Assembly (NCBI GenBank): GCA_963710455.1
Contig: CAVQAG010000013.1
Coordinates: 149,290 to 213,289, forward strand
Direction: 5' to 3'
Source of the DNA: an uncultured delta proteobacterium
Lineage (GTDB): Bacteria > Desulfobacterota > Binatia > Binatales > Binataceae
DNA length: 64,000 nt
The translations under genes were made by a program, and so were the position numbers. Position 1 is the first letter of the stretch; each line of letters starts with the position of its first letter. Shown here piece by piece: positions 39,270 to 48,205 of the stretch. Below the pieces are notes generated by a model, which worked only from the letters and a program-made list of their open reading frames with translations, was not told where the DNA came from and searched no databases.

Positions 39270-41317
39270 GGAACGACGACGCCGCTATTGTTGACGCATA
39301 CCAGGCACTGCCCGCTGCCGGTACTGCAGATGCTGTTACATGGCTGGGCGACCTGCAGCGGCGGCGTCATCAGTTGCGGAACAGGCGTCCCCACCGGCGA
39401 GGGCTGCGCGGCCGGCGGGTTTGCCTCGAAGCGTTGCAGCTGGTACGGCGCGGGATCGGCCGGCGCGCAGAGGAAGAACTGCCCAGCTACGGTGCCGCCC
39501 TGCGGGCCGACCCCGGTCGACATCAATTGCACTCCGCTCTTCGAGAGCACGATAGAGGTGCCGTCGTCGAAGGTTGAGGTCGAACCCACAATCGATCCGT
39601 GCCCCGCGCATTGCATCGAGAGAATCGGATTGGTGGCGGCGGTTCCGCAACGCGAGGCCGTGGCCAGGCCGCTCAGCACGGCAATCGTGTGGCCGCTCGA
39701 TTTTTCCGGCAATCCATTGAAGTAGTCGCTGACCGTCGCGTACAGGTCGAGCGAAGCGACACTCGCCTGGTCCGGCACGGTCATAGTGAACGGTGCCGCC
39801 GTGGACCCGATCGGTACCGTGGCCAGCGCGACATTCTCGATATGGTGCGTGCCATGGTCCTCAGCCGTCACGAGAACATTGAGCGCCCGCGGGCTCGGGA
39901 CCGGCGGGCTGATCGTTACCAGGCCATTGATTTGCGATCGCCCCAGGGCGAAATTGCACAGGCCACCCGTACCTCCCGAACATGCGGCGCCGCCGTTCAC
40001 CGACATGGGCGAGGCCACCGTGTCGTAACCTGCGTTGCTGACGACCATCGTGTAGCTGCCGTTGGGGACCGTGCTGAAGCTTTGCAGGGAGAAGTTGCTA
40101 GCCGGCATCGGGTAGGTTCCGGTGTCGTCGGTATTGGCGCTGGCCAGGACGACGCAGGCCGAAGGCGTCGGGACCTGTGTGCAATCCGCTCCGCTGCCTG
40201 GCGCGGGCGCCACAATTTCCAGCGTGGCGCCGGGCAGCGCGGCTCCCGAGCAGGCGTCGGTCACTTTGCCGGTGAGCGCGATCTGGCCTGCCGGCGCCGC
40301 GTCTAATTGCACGGTCTTCGTTATGTTTCGCTGGGCCAGAACATTGTGCGCGAACGCATAGGCGAAACCCGGGCCCGACGCCACCAGGTCATACAAGGTG
40401 CCGTTGACGCTGGCGGGCAATGGCATCTGGTACTGTCCGCCGCCGATGGTTGTCGTTTCTACCACCTGGCCTGTGCCCGCCAATTCGGCCGCCACCTTGC
40501 TGGCTCCGAACGCGGGGCCGGTGGCCAGGCCGAGAAAGTTGGGGGAGTTGGTCGCCAGCGAAATGCTGGGAGAAAATTCGTACAAACCGCCACTGAAGGT
40601 CGGCCGCCCCAGGAATCCCGAGGTTACGGGGGCGATGTTGATGACCATGGTGGTGAGCCCGTTGAGTGGCACGCTGAAGCCGTCGGGGGTCGAAGTTGTC
40701 AGGAATTGAGTAGGACTCGTCATCGATATCTGCGACGCGATACATCCCTCGAGCATACTTGAAGAGGTTTCCAGGCAGACCGGGACGACGGTGCCTCCAT
40801 TGCTACCATCGAGCACCAGCTCGATCAGATGATAGGTGCTGGCCGGTACCAGCGCAGCGTTGAACAGCTGCGGCACCGTTTGAATTTGATTGATATCGAC
40901 TTGGAATTCGCTGGGACCCGTGCCTGCGCCCGCCGGATTGGGACCGACAGTGTTAAGATTGAACAGCGTGGCGAGCTGGGTGAACACGTCCACGGTACCA
41001 ACGTCATTGAATCCGACGCCTTGGGCGACGGGAATCGTCACCCAATTGGGGTCGGCCTGGTTCTGAAAGGTGCTGACGTCGGTACTTGGATTGAGCTTCA
41101 CCGCCAGTATGTTGAATGACAGGCTCTGAAAACCAGGACCTAACGGTGGAGTCGGGCTGGGGGGAGCACCGGTCAACGCGATTACCAAAGTGCCCTGGTC
41201 GCTGTTGGGCGGGACCTGGCCATGGCCGATTCCGATCGTCATCGACACCGTCACAAGAATCACTGACACGAACGCGGGCAGGGCCATCGCCGCCCACCAA
41301 AACGATAACTGTTTCAC
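39266..41317 (-). CDS. large secreted protein (DUF4382-like N-terminal region plus carboxypeptidase-regulatory-like beta-sandwich repeats)
   Basis: 683 aa with N-terminal signal/anchor. Segment TGKVTDACSGAALPGATLEIV...TDDTGTYPMP...NGSYTMVVSNAGYDT fits the CarboxypepD_reg pattern. Domain names are by recollection only. Confidence 0.55.
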   Translation of the reverse strand: MKQLSFWWAAMALPAFVSVILVTVSMTIGIGHGQVPPNSDQGTLVIALTGAPPSPTPPLGPGFQSLSFNILAVKLNPSTDVSTFQNQADPNWVTIPVAQGVGFNDVGTVDVFTQLATLFNLNTVGPNPAGAGTGPSEFQVDINQIQTVPQLFNAALVPASTYHLIELVLDGSNGGTVVPVCLETSSSMLEGCIASQISMTSPTQFLTTSTPDGFSVPLNGLTTMVINIAPVTSGFLGRPTFSGGLYEFSPSISLATNSPNFLGLATGPAFGASKVAAELAGTGQVVETTTIGGGQYQMPLPASVNGTLYDLVASGPGFAYAFAHNVLAQRNITKTVQLDAAPAGQIALTGKVTDACSGAALPGATLEIVAPAPGSGADCTQVPTPSACVVLASANTDDTGTYPMPASNFSLQSFSTVPNGSYTMVVSNAGYDTVASPMSVNGGAACSGGTGGLCNFALGRSQINGLVTISPPVPSPRALNVLVTAEDHGTHHIENVALATVPIGSTAAPFTMTVPDQASVASLDLYATVSDYFNGLPEKSSGHTIAVLSGLATASRCGTAATNPILSMQCAGHGSIVGSTSTFDDGTSIVLSKSGVQLMSTGVGPQGGTVAGQFFLCAPADPAPYQLQRFEANPPAAQPSPVGTPVPQLMTPPLQVAQPCNSICSTGSGQCLVCVNNSGVVVP

Positions 41318-41485
41318 TCGCGAAGCCTACAAATGAGATTTCGGTTCCCGCTTGGGATAACCTAACGTAGGAGCGAAGGCAAGCAACCAGCTTCAAGGCG
41401 TAGCGTAATTGGACACGCGGGACTTGACGGTATGGTTCGCAGCCTCGGAAAATCTGAGAAGAATGTTGGAGACTCATCGGTTGAT

Positions 41486-43138
41486 ATGAAGCGCATCTCA
41501 TCACTCGCGACCGGCATCACTTTAGTTCTGGCCGCGCTTTTGGTTTTTCAGCTCTCAGCCGCCTCTGGGGCGCGCGCCGCGATGCAGGTCGTGGTCGGTA
41601 ATCCGGGCTTGCAACACTTCGACTCGGACGGCGGCGTCGAACTCGACTTCGGCTTAACCGATCAGAATGGGCAGCCGGTGGGCAATCTGCGCCCGGATAA
41701 TCTGCAGGTCTTCGAGGATGGCAAGCTGGCCAAGATTCTGGACTTCCGCGGAGTAGGGCAGGGCCGCCCGGTCGACATCGTGTTCGTGATGGACGTGACC
41801 GAATCGATGCAGCCCTATATCGACGCGATCAAACAGAACATGGTGAATTTCGCGCATGACCTCGCTTCCAACAATCGCGACTACCGCCTCGGCCTGGTCA
41901 CGTTCGAGGACTACGTGGTCTCGAAATACCCGGACTGCAACTGCCCGTATCAAAAGACCATGACGTCGGACGTCAACCAGTTCATCAACTGGGTCGGCAC
42001 GCTGCACGCCTCGGGCGGCGGCGATATTCCCGAGGACCAGCTCGACGCGCTCGCCTACGCTTCGACCTTTCCGTTCCGTCCGCAGGCCCAGGGCATCATC
42101 ATCATCATTACCGACGCTCCTCCTCATCATAAGGGTGACGGATCGGCCAACACCCAGCACGACCAGGCCTTCTGGGACCACCATCAGAAGGGCCAGGACG
42201 TGACTGACCTGACCGGCACCGACGTCGCCGCGATGATGAAGCGCAACGGCCTGACGCTATATGCGGTAGTGCCGCCGCCATTCATCGCGCCCGAGTACGC
42301 TGAGATCGTCGAAGCCACGCACGGGCGCTCTTACAACATCGTGACCGAGGAAGGACACTTCGCCTCGCTGGTGCGCGAGATCGGACATTCGATCGCGACC
42401 GAGTACTCGCTGACCTACCGTACGCCGCGTCCGATCGAGGACGGCACCGATCGCCGAGTCGAGCTCAAGATCAGCTACGACGGCCAGACCGGCGAGGCCG
42501 CCACATCCTACCAGGTGCACGGAGTTGGCGGTGCGACCATCAACGTCCCCGAGGACGGCACGGACGCGGGCGTCAACATGGGCGGCACTGGACTTCAGCA
42601 GCTATCGTTCAACTGGTGGAACCTGGCGGTGCCGCTGATCGCGATCATGGGGTTGTTTGGGCTGTCGCGGATGCGCTTCGGGCTTTCGGCCGAGGATCTC
42701 AAGGCGATCGTCGAGGCGCAGAACCAACCCGCGCCGCCAGCTCCGCCGCGTGCCGCCGCGCGCGCACCCGTGACCGCCCGGCCCGCCCCGCCGGCGCGTA
42801 CCGTTTCGGCCCCGGCGCCGCCGCCATCTTCGCCATTGGCGGCGCATGAGGCGCGGCTCAGCCTGCTCGAGGCGATCGACCCGGTGCCCGCCGAGTACAG
42901 CCTGTTCAAGGACGAGGTTTCGCTGGGACGCGGTGAGGATAACGACGTGGTGATACCGCACGCGAGCGTGTCGCGCACGCACGCCCGCCTGATGCGCCGC
43001 AACGGAGTTTTCGAGGTGACCGACCTCAACTCGACCAATGGCAGTTATGTCAACGAGCAGCCGGTGCATGGCTCGGTGCGCGTCGGCAGCGGCAACCAGG
43101 TGCGCTTCGGCGACGTGCGCTTCGTGCTGCGCTACTGA
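41486..43138 (+). CDS. vWA domain / single TM / FHA domain protein
   Basis: Signal peptide, then vWA with MIDAS-like DVTES in VDIVFVMDVTESM. TM WNLAVPLIAIMGLFGL and Pro/Ala linker. C-terminal FHA (VSLGRGEDNDVVIPHASVSRTHARL...VTDLNSTNGSYVN). Confidence 0.8.
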   Translation: MKRISSLATGITLVLAALLVFQLSAASGARAAMQVVVGNPGLQHFDSDGGVELDFGLTDQNGQPVGNLRPDNLQVFEDGKLAKILDFRGVGQGRPVDIVFVMDVTESMQPYIDAIKQNMVNFAHDLASNNRDYRLGLVTFEDYVVSKYPDCNCPYQKTMTSDVNQFINWVGTLHASGGGDIPEDQLDALAYASTFPFRPQAQGIIIIITDAPPHHKGDGSANTQHDQAFWDHHQKGQDVTDLTGTDVAAMMKRNGLTLYAVVPPPFIAPEYAEIVEATHGRSYNIVTEEGHFASLVREIGHSIATEYSLTYRTPRPIEDGTDRRVELKISYDGQTGEAATSYQVHGVGGATINVPEDGTDAGVNMGGTGLQQLSFNWWNLAVPLIAIMGLFGLSRMRFGLSAEDLKAIVEAQNQPAPPAPPRAAARAPVTARPAPPARTVSAPAPPPSSPLAAHEARLSLLEAIDPVPAEYSLFKDEVSLGRGEDNDVVIPHASVSRTHARLMRRNGVFEVTDLNSTNGSYVNEQPVHGSVRVGSGNQVRFGDVRFVLRY

Positions 43139-43289
43139 TAAAGCGCGGCGGACCGCCGCCGCATCAGCCGGCATTTAAGCGCGACGCTTTCGCCGCGCGC
43201 CGGTTGCGCCCGCGTTGAGCCATTCCCTTCGTTTAGTGTAACTTTGCTGTCTACCCTCAGGAGGTCTGTTCCGTGCAGCAGTGTCGCCG

Positions 43290-44996
43290 ATGAAGAAACT
43301 TAGCGGAGCGCAAATCATCATCGAAAGCCTGATCGCCGAAGGCGTCGACGTAATCTTCGGCTATCCGGGCGGCGCGATTCTGCCCACTTACGACGCTCTG
43401 CTTGATTCCAAAATTAAACACGTTCTCGTCCGTCATGAGCAGGGCGCTGCACACATGGCCGAGGGCTATGCGAGAGTCAGCGGACGGCCGGGAGTGGTGA
43501 TGGTGACCTCGGGCCCCGGCGCAACCAACACGGTTACCGGCATCGCCGACGCCAACATGGATTCGACTCCGATGGTCGTTATCTCGGGTCAGGTACCCAC
43601 CACGATGATCGGCAACGACGCGTTCCAGGAGGCGGACTTCGTCGGTATCACGCGCCCCTGCACCAAGCATAACTATCTCATCAAGGACGTGCGCGACGTC
43701 GCGCGGATCGTCAAGGAAGCCTTCTACATCTCGAGTACCGGCCGTCCGGGCCCGGTGGTGATCGACGTGCCCAAGGATGTGCAGCAGGCCGAGCACGCCT
43801 TCAAGTATCCCGAGCGGGTCGAGATGCGCGGCTACAAGCCGACGCTGAAGGGCAATCCGCGCCAGATTGAGCGTGCGATCGAGGCGATCGAAAAGAGCGA
43901 CAAGCCGCTCTTCTACGTCGGCGGCGGAGTGCAATGGTCGGGCGCAGCGCCCGAGCTTACCCAGCTTGCGCGCGGCATGGGCATCCCGGTGACCGAGACC
44001 CTGATGGGCCTTGGCTCGGTGCCCGCCTCCGACGCGTTGTGCCTGGGGATGCTTGGGATGCATGGCTCGTACGGCACCAATACGGCGGTATGCAATACCG
44101 ACTGCCTGGTGGCAATTGGCGCGCGCTTCGACGACCGCGTCACCGGACGCATCGCCGATTTTGCACCTCACGCCAAGACCATCATCCATGTCGATATCGA
44201 CCCGTCGTCGATTTCCAAGAACGTCAAGGTCGACATCCCGATCGTCGGCGACATCAAGTCGGTGCTCGCCGACATGCTGACGGTGGTCAAGGGGCGCGAG
44301 TCGATCGCCAAGCGCCGCGCGGCATGGACCAAGTGGCATCAGCAGATCCTCCAGTGGAAGCGCGAAAAGCCACTGTACGAGAATGGCAACGGCAAGCGCC
44401 CGGGCGACGCCGTCTCGCCCATCCACGTGCTCGAGGAGATGCACGGGTTGACCAAGGGCGACTGCATCGTCGCGACCGACGTCGGCCAGCATCAGATGTG
44501 GGTCGCGCAGCTTTTTCCATTCGAGAAGCCGCGCTCGTTCCTGACCTCGGGCGGCCTCGGCACGATGGGCTACGGCTTGCCCGCCGGAATCGGGGCCAAG
44601 TTTGCCGCGCCCGACCGCAAGGTGGTGGTGGTCTCGGGCGACGGCTCGATTCAGATGAACATCCAGGAGCTTGGCACCGCCGTTCAGTACAACGTCGACA
44701 TCAAGGTCATCATCCTCAACAACTACTTCCTCGGGATGGTGCGGCAGTGGCAGGAAAAGTTCTATCAGGAGCGCTACTCGTACTCCGCGATGTCGGTGCC
44801 GAATTTCGTGATGCTGGCCGAGGCGTATGGCGCGCGCGGCTTCAGGATCGAGAAACAGAGCGAGCTTGCGGGCACAATGAAAGAAGCCTTCGCCACGCCG
44901 GGTCCGGTGCTGATCGACGTCGTGATCCCCAAGGAAGAGGCGGTGATGCCGATGATCCCGCCGGGCGGTGCGATGTCGGAGATGCTGTTCGCCTGA
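43290..44996 (+). CDS. ilvB: acetolactate synthase (acetohydroxyacid synthase) large subunit
   Basis: N-terminal SGAQIIIESLIAEGVDVIFGYPGGA and TPP motif GLGTMGYGLPAGIGA...GDGSIQMNIQEL. Alternative GTG start at 43281. Confidence 0.9.
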   Translation: MKKLSGAQIIIESLIAEGVDVIFGYPGGAILPTYDALLDSKIKHVLVRHEQGAAHMAEGYARVSGRPGVVMVTSGPGATNTVTGIADANMDSTPMVVISGQVPTTMIGNDAFQEADFVGITRPCTKHNYLIKDVRDVARIVKEAFYISSTGRPGPVVIDVPKDVQQAEHAFKYPERVEMRGYKPTLKGNPRQIERAIEAIEKSDKPLFYVGGGVQWSGAAPELTQLARGMGIPVTETLMGLGSVPASDALCLGMLGMHGSYGTNTAVCNTDCLVAIGARFDDRVTGRIADFAPHAKTIIHVDIDPSSISKNVKVDIPIVGDIKSVLADMLTVVKGRESIAKRRAAWTKWHQQILQWKREKPLYENGNGKRPGDAVSPIHVLEEMHGLTKGDCIVATDVGQHQMWVAQLFPFEKPRSFLTSGGLGTMGYGLPAGIGAKFAAPDRKVVVVSGDGSIQMNIQELGTAVQYNVDIKVIILNNYFLGMVRQWQEKFYQERYSYSAMSVPNFVMLAEAYGARGFRIEKQSELAGTMKEAFATPGPVLIDVVIPKEEAVMPMIPPGGAMSEMLFA

Positions 44997-45020
44997 GCCG
45001 ACGTGCCCGATGCCATAACC

Positions 45021-45161
45021 GTCATCCTGAACGAAGTGAGGGATCTCGCGCGGTACTCCGCGCGCTGACACGGTGAGCTACTACGTTTACATCATGAGCA
45101 GCAAGTCAGGCGTTCTCTACATCGGCGCGACCAGCGACGGCAGCCGACCGCTCAGGATGAC
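45021..45161. repeat. inverted-repeat-bounded element (GTCATCCTGA ... TCAGGATGAC) enclosing a GIY-YIG gene stub
   Basis: GTCATCCTGAACGAAGTGAGGGATCTCGCG at 45021-45050. Its first 10 nt are perfectly inverted at 45152-45161. Related copies occur at 48945-48983 and 57046-57075. Confidence 0.6.
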
Positions 45162-45204
45162 GAAAGGACCAAAGAACGACCGATCGTCAGAGAATTTGAA
45201 CTGA
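45073..45204 (+). pseudogene. truncated GIY-YIG nuclease-family gene remnant
   Basis: GTG-initiated 43-codon ORF VSYYVYIMSSKSGVLYIGATSD... reproduces the GIY...YIG N-terminal motif and then ends after unrelated residues. Confidence 0.55.
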
Positions 45205-45256
45205 CCAACCCGAAATTCAGGATACGGGCTCATCCAGACCTGGAAGGGAGTTTCCG

Positions 45257-45799
45257 ATGGCGCGATTGCCGTATGTCAGCCGCGAAGATCTGACCACCGA
45301 GGGACGCGAGATTTTCGACGAGTTCGAGCGCGAACGCGGCACTCCCCCCGGGCACATCCATCGCGCAATCGCCAACGCGCCCAACCTGCTGCGGCGCTTC
45401 TCGGCGATGGCGATGGAGTTGCGCAATCACACCGAGCTCGATCCGCGGCTGCGCGAACTTGCGCTGATGACCGTCGGACGCATAGCCGGCGCCGAGTACG
45501 AATTCGTTCATCATTGGAATATCGCGCTTAACGTCGGCGTGCGCCGCGAACAACTCGAACAGCTTGCCGATTTCGAGCGCGCGTCCGTGTTCAACGAACA
45601 TGAACGCGCCGTGATGCGTTACGCGGCCGAGGCCACCACCAACGTCAAAGTGAGCGACAGGACCTTCGAAGCGCTGCGCGAGTTTCTCGACAATCGCCGC
45701 ATCATGGAACTCGCGATGAGTGTCGCGTTCTACAATGCGGTGGTGCGCATTATCGTACCGATTGGCGTCGAACTCGAACCCGGCGCGCGCAAGAATTGA
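45257..45799 (+). CDS. carboxymuconolactone decarboxylase (AhpD-like) family protein
   Basis: 180 aa. All-helical CMD-family pattern (LRELALMTVGRIAGAEYEFVHH). Confidence 0.75.
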   Translation: MARLPYVSREDLTTEGREIFDEFERERGTPPGHIHRAIANAPNLLRRFSAMAMELRNHTELDPRLRELALMTVGRIAGAEYEFVHHWNIALNVGVRREQLEQLADFERASVFNEHERAVMRYAAEATTNVKVSDRTFEALREFLDNRRIMELAMSVAFYNAVVRIIVPIGVELEPGARKN

Positions 45800-45948
45800 C
45801 TCTGCCCCTTTCGGCGTACACGGGTTCGCAAGGGAACCTCAGGACGCCAAACGTTTGCTTGATAAGCGCCGCTTTTTCTTGATTCGCGCTCCGATTAATG
45901 CGATGCATGGGGAGTACGAAACTCTATCCAATGCGGAGATCTAGCCTG

Positions 45949-47658
45949 ATGCCAGAATTCGACATTGTCATTAAAGACGGAATGATCATCGATGGGACCC
46001 GTGCCCCGCGCATCCGCGGCGACATCGGAGTCAAAAACGGGCGTGTTGCCAAAATCGGGCGCATCGCGGAGAGCGACGCCAAACAGGCGATCGATGCGCG
46101 CGGCCTTATCGTCGCCCCGGGCTTCATCGACCTCCACACCCATTACGACGCGCAACTGTTCTGGGACCCGTGGCTCACTATCTCCGGATGGCACGGCGTG
46201 ACCTCGGTGGTCATCGGCAATTGCGGCTTCGGTTTCGCTCCGGTCAAGCCGGGCGATGAAGAGCGGGCGATGCTGACCATGACCCGCACTGAGGCGATCC
46301 CGCTGGCCGCGATGAAGGCCGCGATGCCGTGGGACTGGCACACGTATCCGGAATTTCTCGATCGTATCGAGCGCCTGCCCAAGGGTGTCAACGTGCTGCC
46401 CTACGTGCCGGTAAATCCGCTGATGGGCTACGTGATGGGGATCGAGCAGTCCAAGACTGGCCGCATGCCGACCGACGACGAGCATCGCATGATGGCCCAT
46501 TTGCTCAACGAAGCGATGGACGCCGGCGCCTACGGATGGTCCGCGCAGCGCCTCAAGCCCGACGGGCCGTCATCGGTGCAGCGCGACTGGGACGGATCGC
46601 CGATGAACACCGACGTCATGCACGACGAGACGTGCAAGGTTTTCGCCAAGGTGCTAGGCGAGCGTGGCGAAGGCTTCCAGGAAATGACGCTTGCGAGCTG
46701 GAATCCCAAGGAAGACGCCCGCCACTACGAAGAGCTTGCGCAAATCAGTGGACGCCCGATCATGTTCGAGGCGGTGCAGTCGCAGGACCGCTTTCCGCAT
46801 CGTCATCGCAACATGATTCGATGGCTCGATCGGTGCCGCGTTAATGGCATTCCGGTGTACGGTCAGGGAATCACGACTGAAGCCGGCCTGACCTTCACCT
46901 TCGAGGACTGGAATCTCTTCGACGACTCCGACTCGTGGCGCGAGGTTACGACCGGCACGCTCGAGGAGCGCAAGGCCAAGCTTGCCGATCCCGGACGGCG
47001 TCACGGGCTCAAGACCAATCTGCCTCGCGAAGGACTCATCACGAGCTTCTTCGATCAGATCGTGATCACGCAGGTGATCGACGAGAAGCTGCGCCATCTC
47101 GAAGGGATGACGCTGCGCAAGGCAGGCGAGCGCGACGGCAAAGATCCAGTCGACGTGATGTGCGACCTGGCTGTGGCCGACAACCTCAAGACCGAGTTCT
47201 TCGCTCCGGCGATCAACCGCGATCCCGCGCTGATGAAAGAGATCATCGACTATCCTTACATCACGTTCGGCGTCTCCGACGGTGGCGCGCATACCAAGTT
47301 CCTCACTGCCGGCCGCTACCCGACCGAGGGCATCGCAACCTTCGTGCGCGAGCGCGGATGGTTGACGCTCGAGGAGATCCATTGGCGGCTGAGCGCGCTG
47401 CCGGCCTTTTGCGCCGGCTTCAAGGATCGCGGTTTCCTGCGCGAGGGCGCGCCGGCCGATATCGTGATCTACGACTACGAAAAGCTTGGCGTCGGACCCG
47501 TCGAGATCGTGCACGATCTTCCGGGCGACGAATGGCGTCGCGTGCAGCGCGCGGAAGGCTATCGCCATATCCTGGTCAACGGCGCGATTACCTTCACCGA
47601 GGGCGATTGTACGGGCGCTACGCCGGGCAAGTTGCTTCGTCACGGCACGGCCTCATAG
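45949..47658 (+). CDS. N-acyl-D-amino-acid deacylase (D-aminoacylase) family amidohydrolase
   Basis: FDIVIKDGMIIDGT...GDIGVKNGRVAKIG...APGFIDLHTHYD is the typical N-terminus of this family. ATG 45949 preferred. Confidence 0.85.
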   Translation: MPEFDIVIKDGMIIDGTRAPRIRGDIGVKNGRVAKIGRIAESDAKQAIDARGLIVAPGFIDLHTHYDAQLFWDPWLTISGWHGVTSVVIGNCGFGFAPVKPGDEERAMLTMTRTEAIPLAAMKAAMPWDWHTYPEFLDRIERLPKGVNVLPYVPVNPLMGYVMGIEQSKTGRMPTDDEHRMMAHLLNEAMDAGAYGWSAQRLKPDGPSSVQRDWDGSPMNTDVMHDETCKVFAKVLGERGEGFQEMTLASWNPKEDARHYEELAQISGRPIMFEAVQSQDRFPHRHRNMIRWLDRCRVNGIPVYGQGITTEAGLTFTFEDWNLFDDSDSWREVTTGTLEERKAKLADPGRRHGLKTNLPREGLITSFFDQIVITQVIDEKLRHLEGMTLRKAGERDGKDPVDVMCDLAVADNLKTEFFAPAINRDPALMKEIIDYPYITFGVSDGGAHTKFLTAGRYPTEGIATFVRERGWLTLEEIHWRLSALPAFCAGFKDRGFLREGAPADIVIYDYEKLGVGPVEIVHDLPGDEWRRVQRAEGYRHILVNGAITFTEGDCTGATPGKLLRHGTAS

Positions 47659-47695
47659 ACGTCACATCGGATCAGGGAAAACTGAGCATCGGATT

Positions 47696-47740
47696 ACGGC
47701 CGCCGGCACGTATCGCGCCGGCGGCCGTCGCTATTTCGGT
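47696..47740 (+). terminator. GC-rich hairpin downstream of the deacylase gene
   Basis: Perfect 12-bp stem ACGGCCGCCGGC (47696-47707) / GCCGGCGGCCGT (47717-47728) with a 9-nt loop, followed by a weak T-tract CGCTATTTCGG. Confidence 0.4.
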
Positions 47741-47821
47741 CGATACACCGCCCTCGTTGATTAATTTCAAGTAAAACTTAAAGTAGCTTTGGCGTCTGCT
47801 TGAAGTGGCATTAACGCTATC

Positions 47822-48193
47822 GTGGCGGGAGTGACGCGAGTGATCCGAGATAAAAAGGCGCAGGAGTTGTGGATTGAGGGTATCGAGCTTTTCAACGCGG
47901 GTCGCTTTTTCGATTGCCACGAAGTGTGGGAAGAGGTTTGGAAAAGCGCGAACGGCGCCGGGAAGCTCTTTTACCAGGGAATGATCCAGGCGGCGGTAGC
48001 GGTCCTGCATGCCCAGCGCGGCAATCTGCGCGGCGCGCGATCGACCTGGAAGAAGGCGCGCGAGAAACTGGAGCCGTTGCCGGCCGAATACATGCGGATC
48101 GCGCTGGGTGACTTGTGCGCCGCAGTGGACGCATTTATCAAAGCGGCCAACGACAGCGACTCAGCGCCGCTGCCGACGATTCGGCGTGGCTGA
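47822..48193 (+). CDS. DUF309 domain protein
   Basis: GIELFNAGRFFDCHEVWEEVW...YQGMIQAAVAVLHAQRGN matches the DUF309 pattern as recalled. Confidence 0.7.
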   Translation: MAGVTRVIRDKKAQELWIEGIELFNAGRFFDCHEVWEEVWKSANGAGKLFYQGMIQAAVAVLHAQRGNLRGARSTWKKAREKLEPLPAEYMRIALGDLCAAVDAFIKAANDSDSAPLPTIRRG

Positions 48194-48205
48194 ACTTCGT
48201 GCCGT

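Noticed and set aside
43257-45071. 604-aa ORF on the minus strand
   Set aside because: It is exactly antisense to ilvB. Its composition is dominated by R, H, D and G with no recognisable motif, while the plus strand carries clear TPP-enzyme signatures. This is a typical high-GC shadow ORF.
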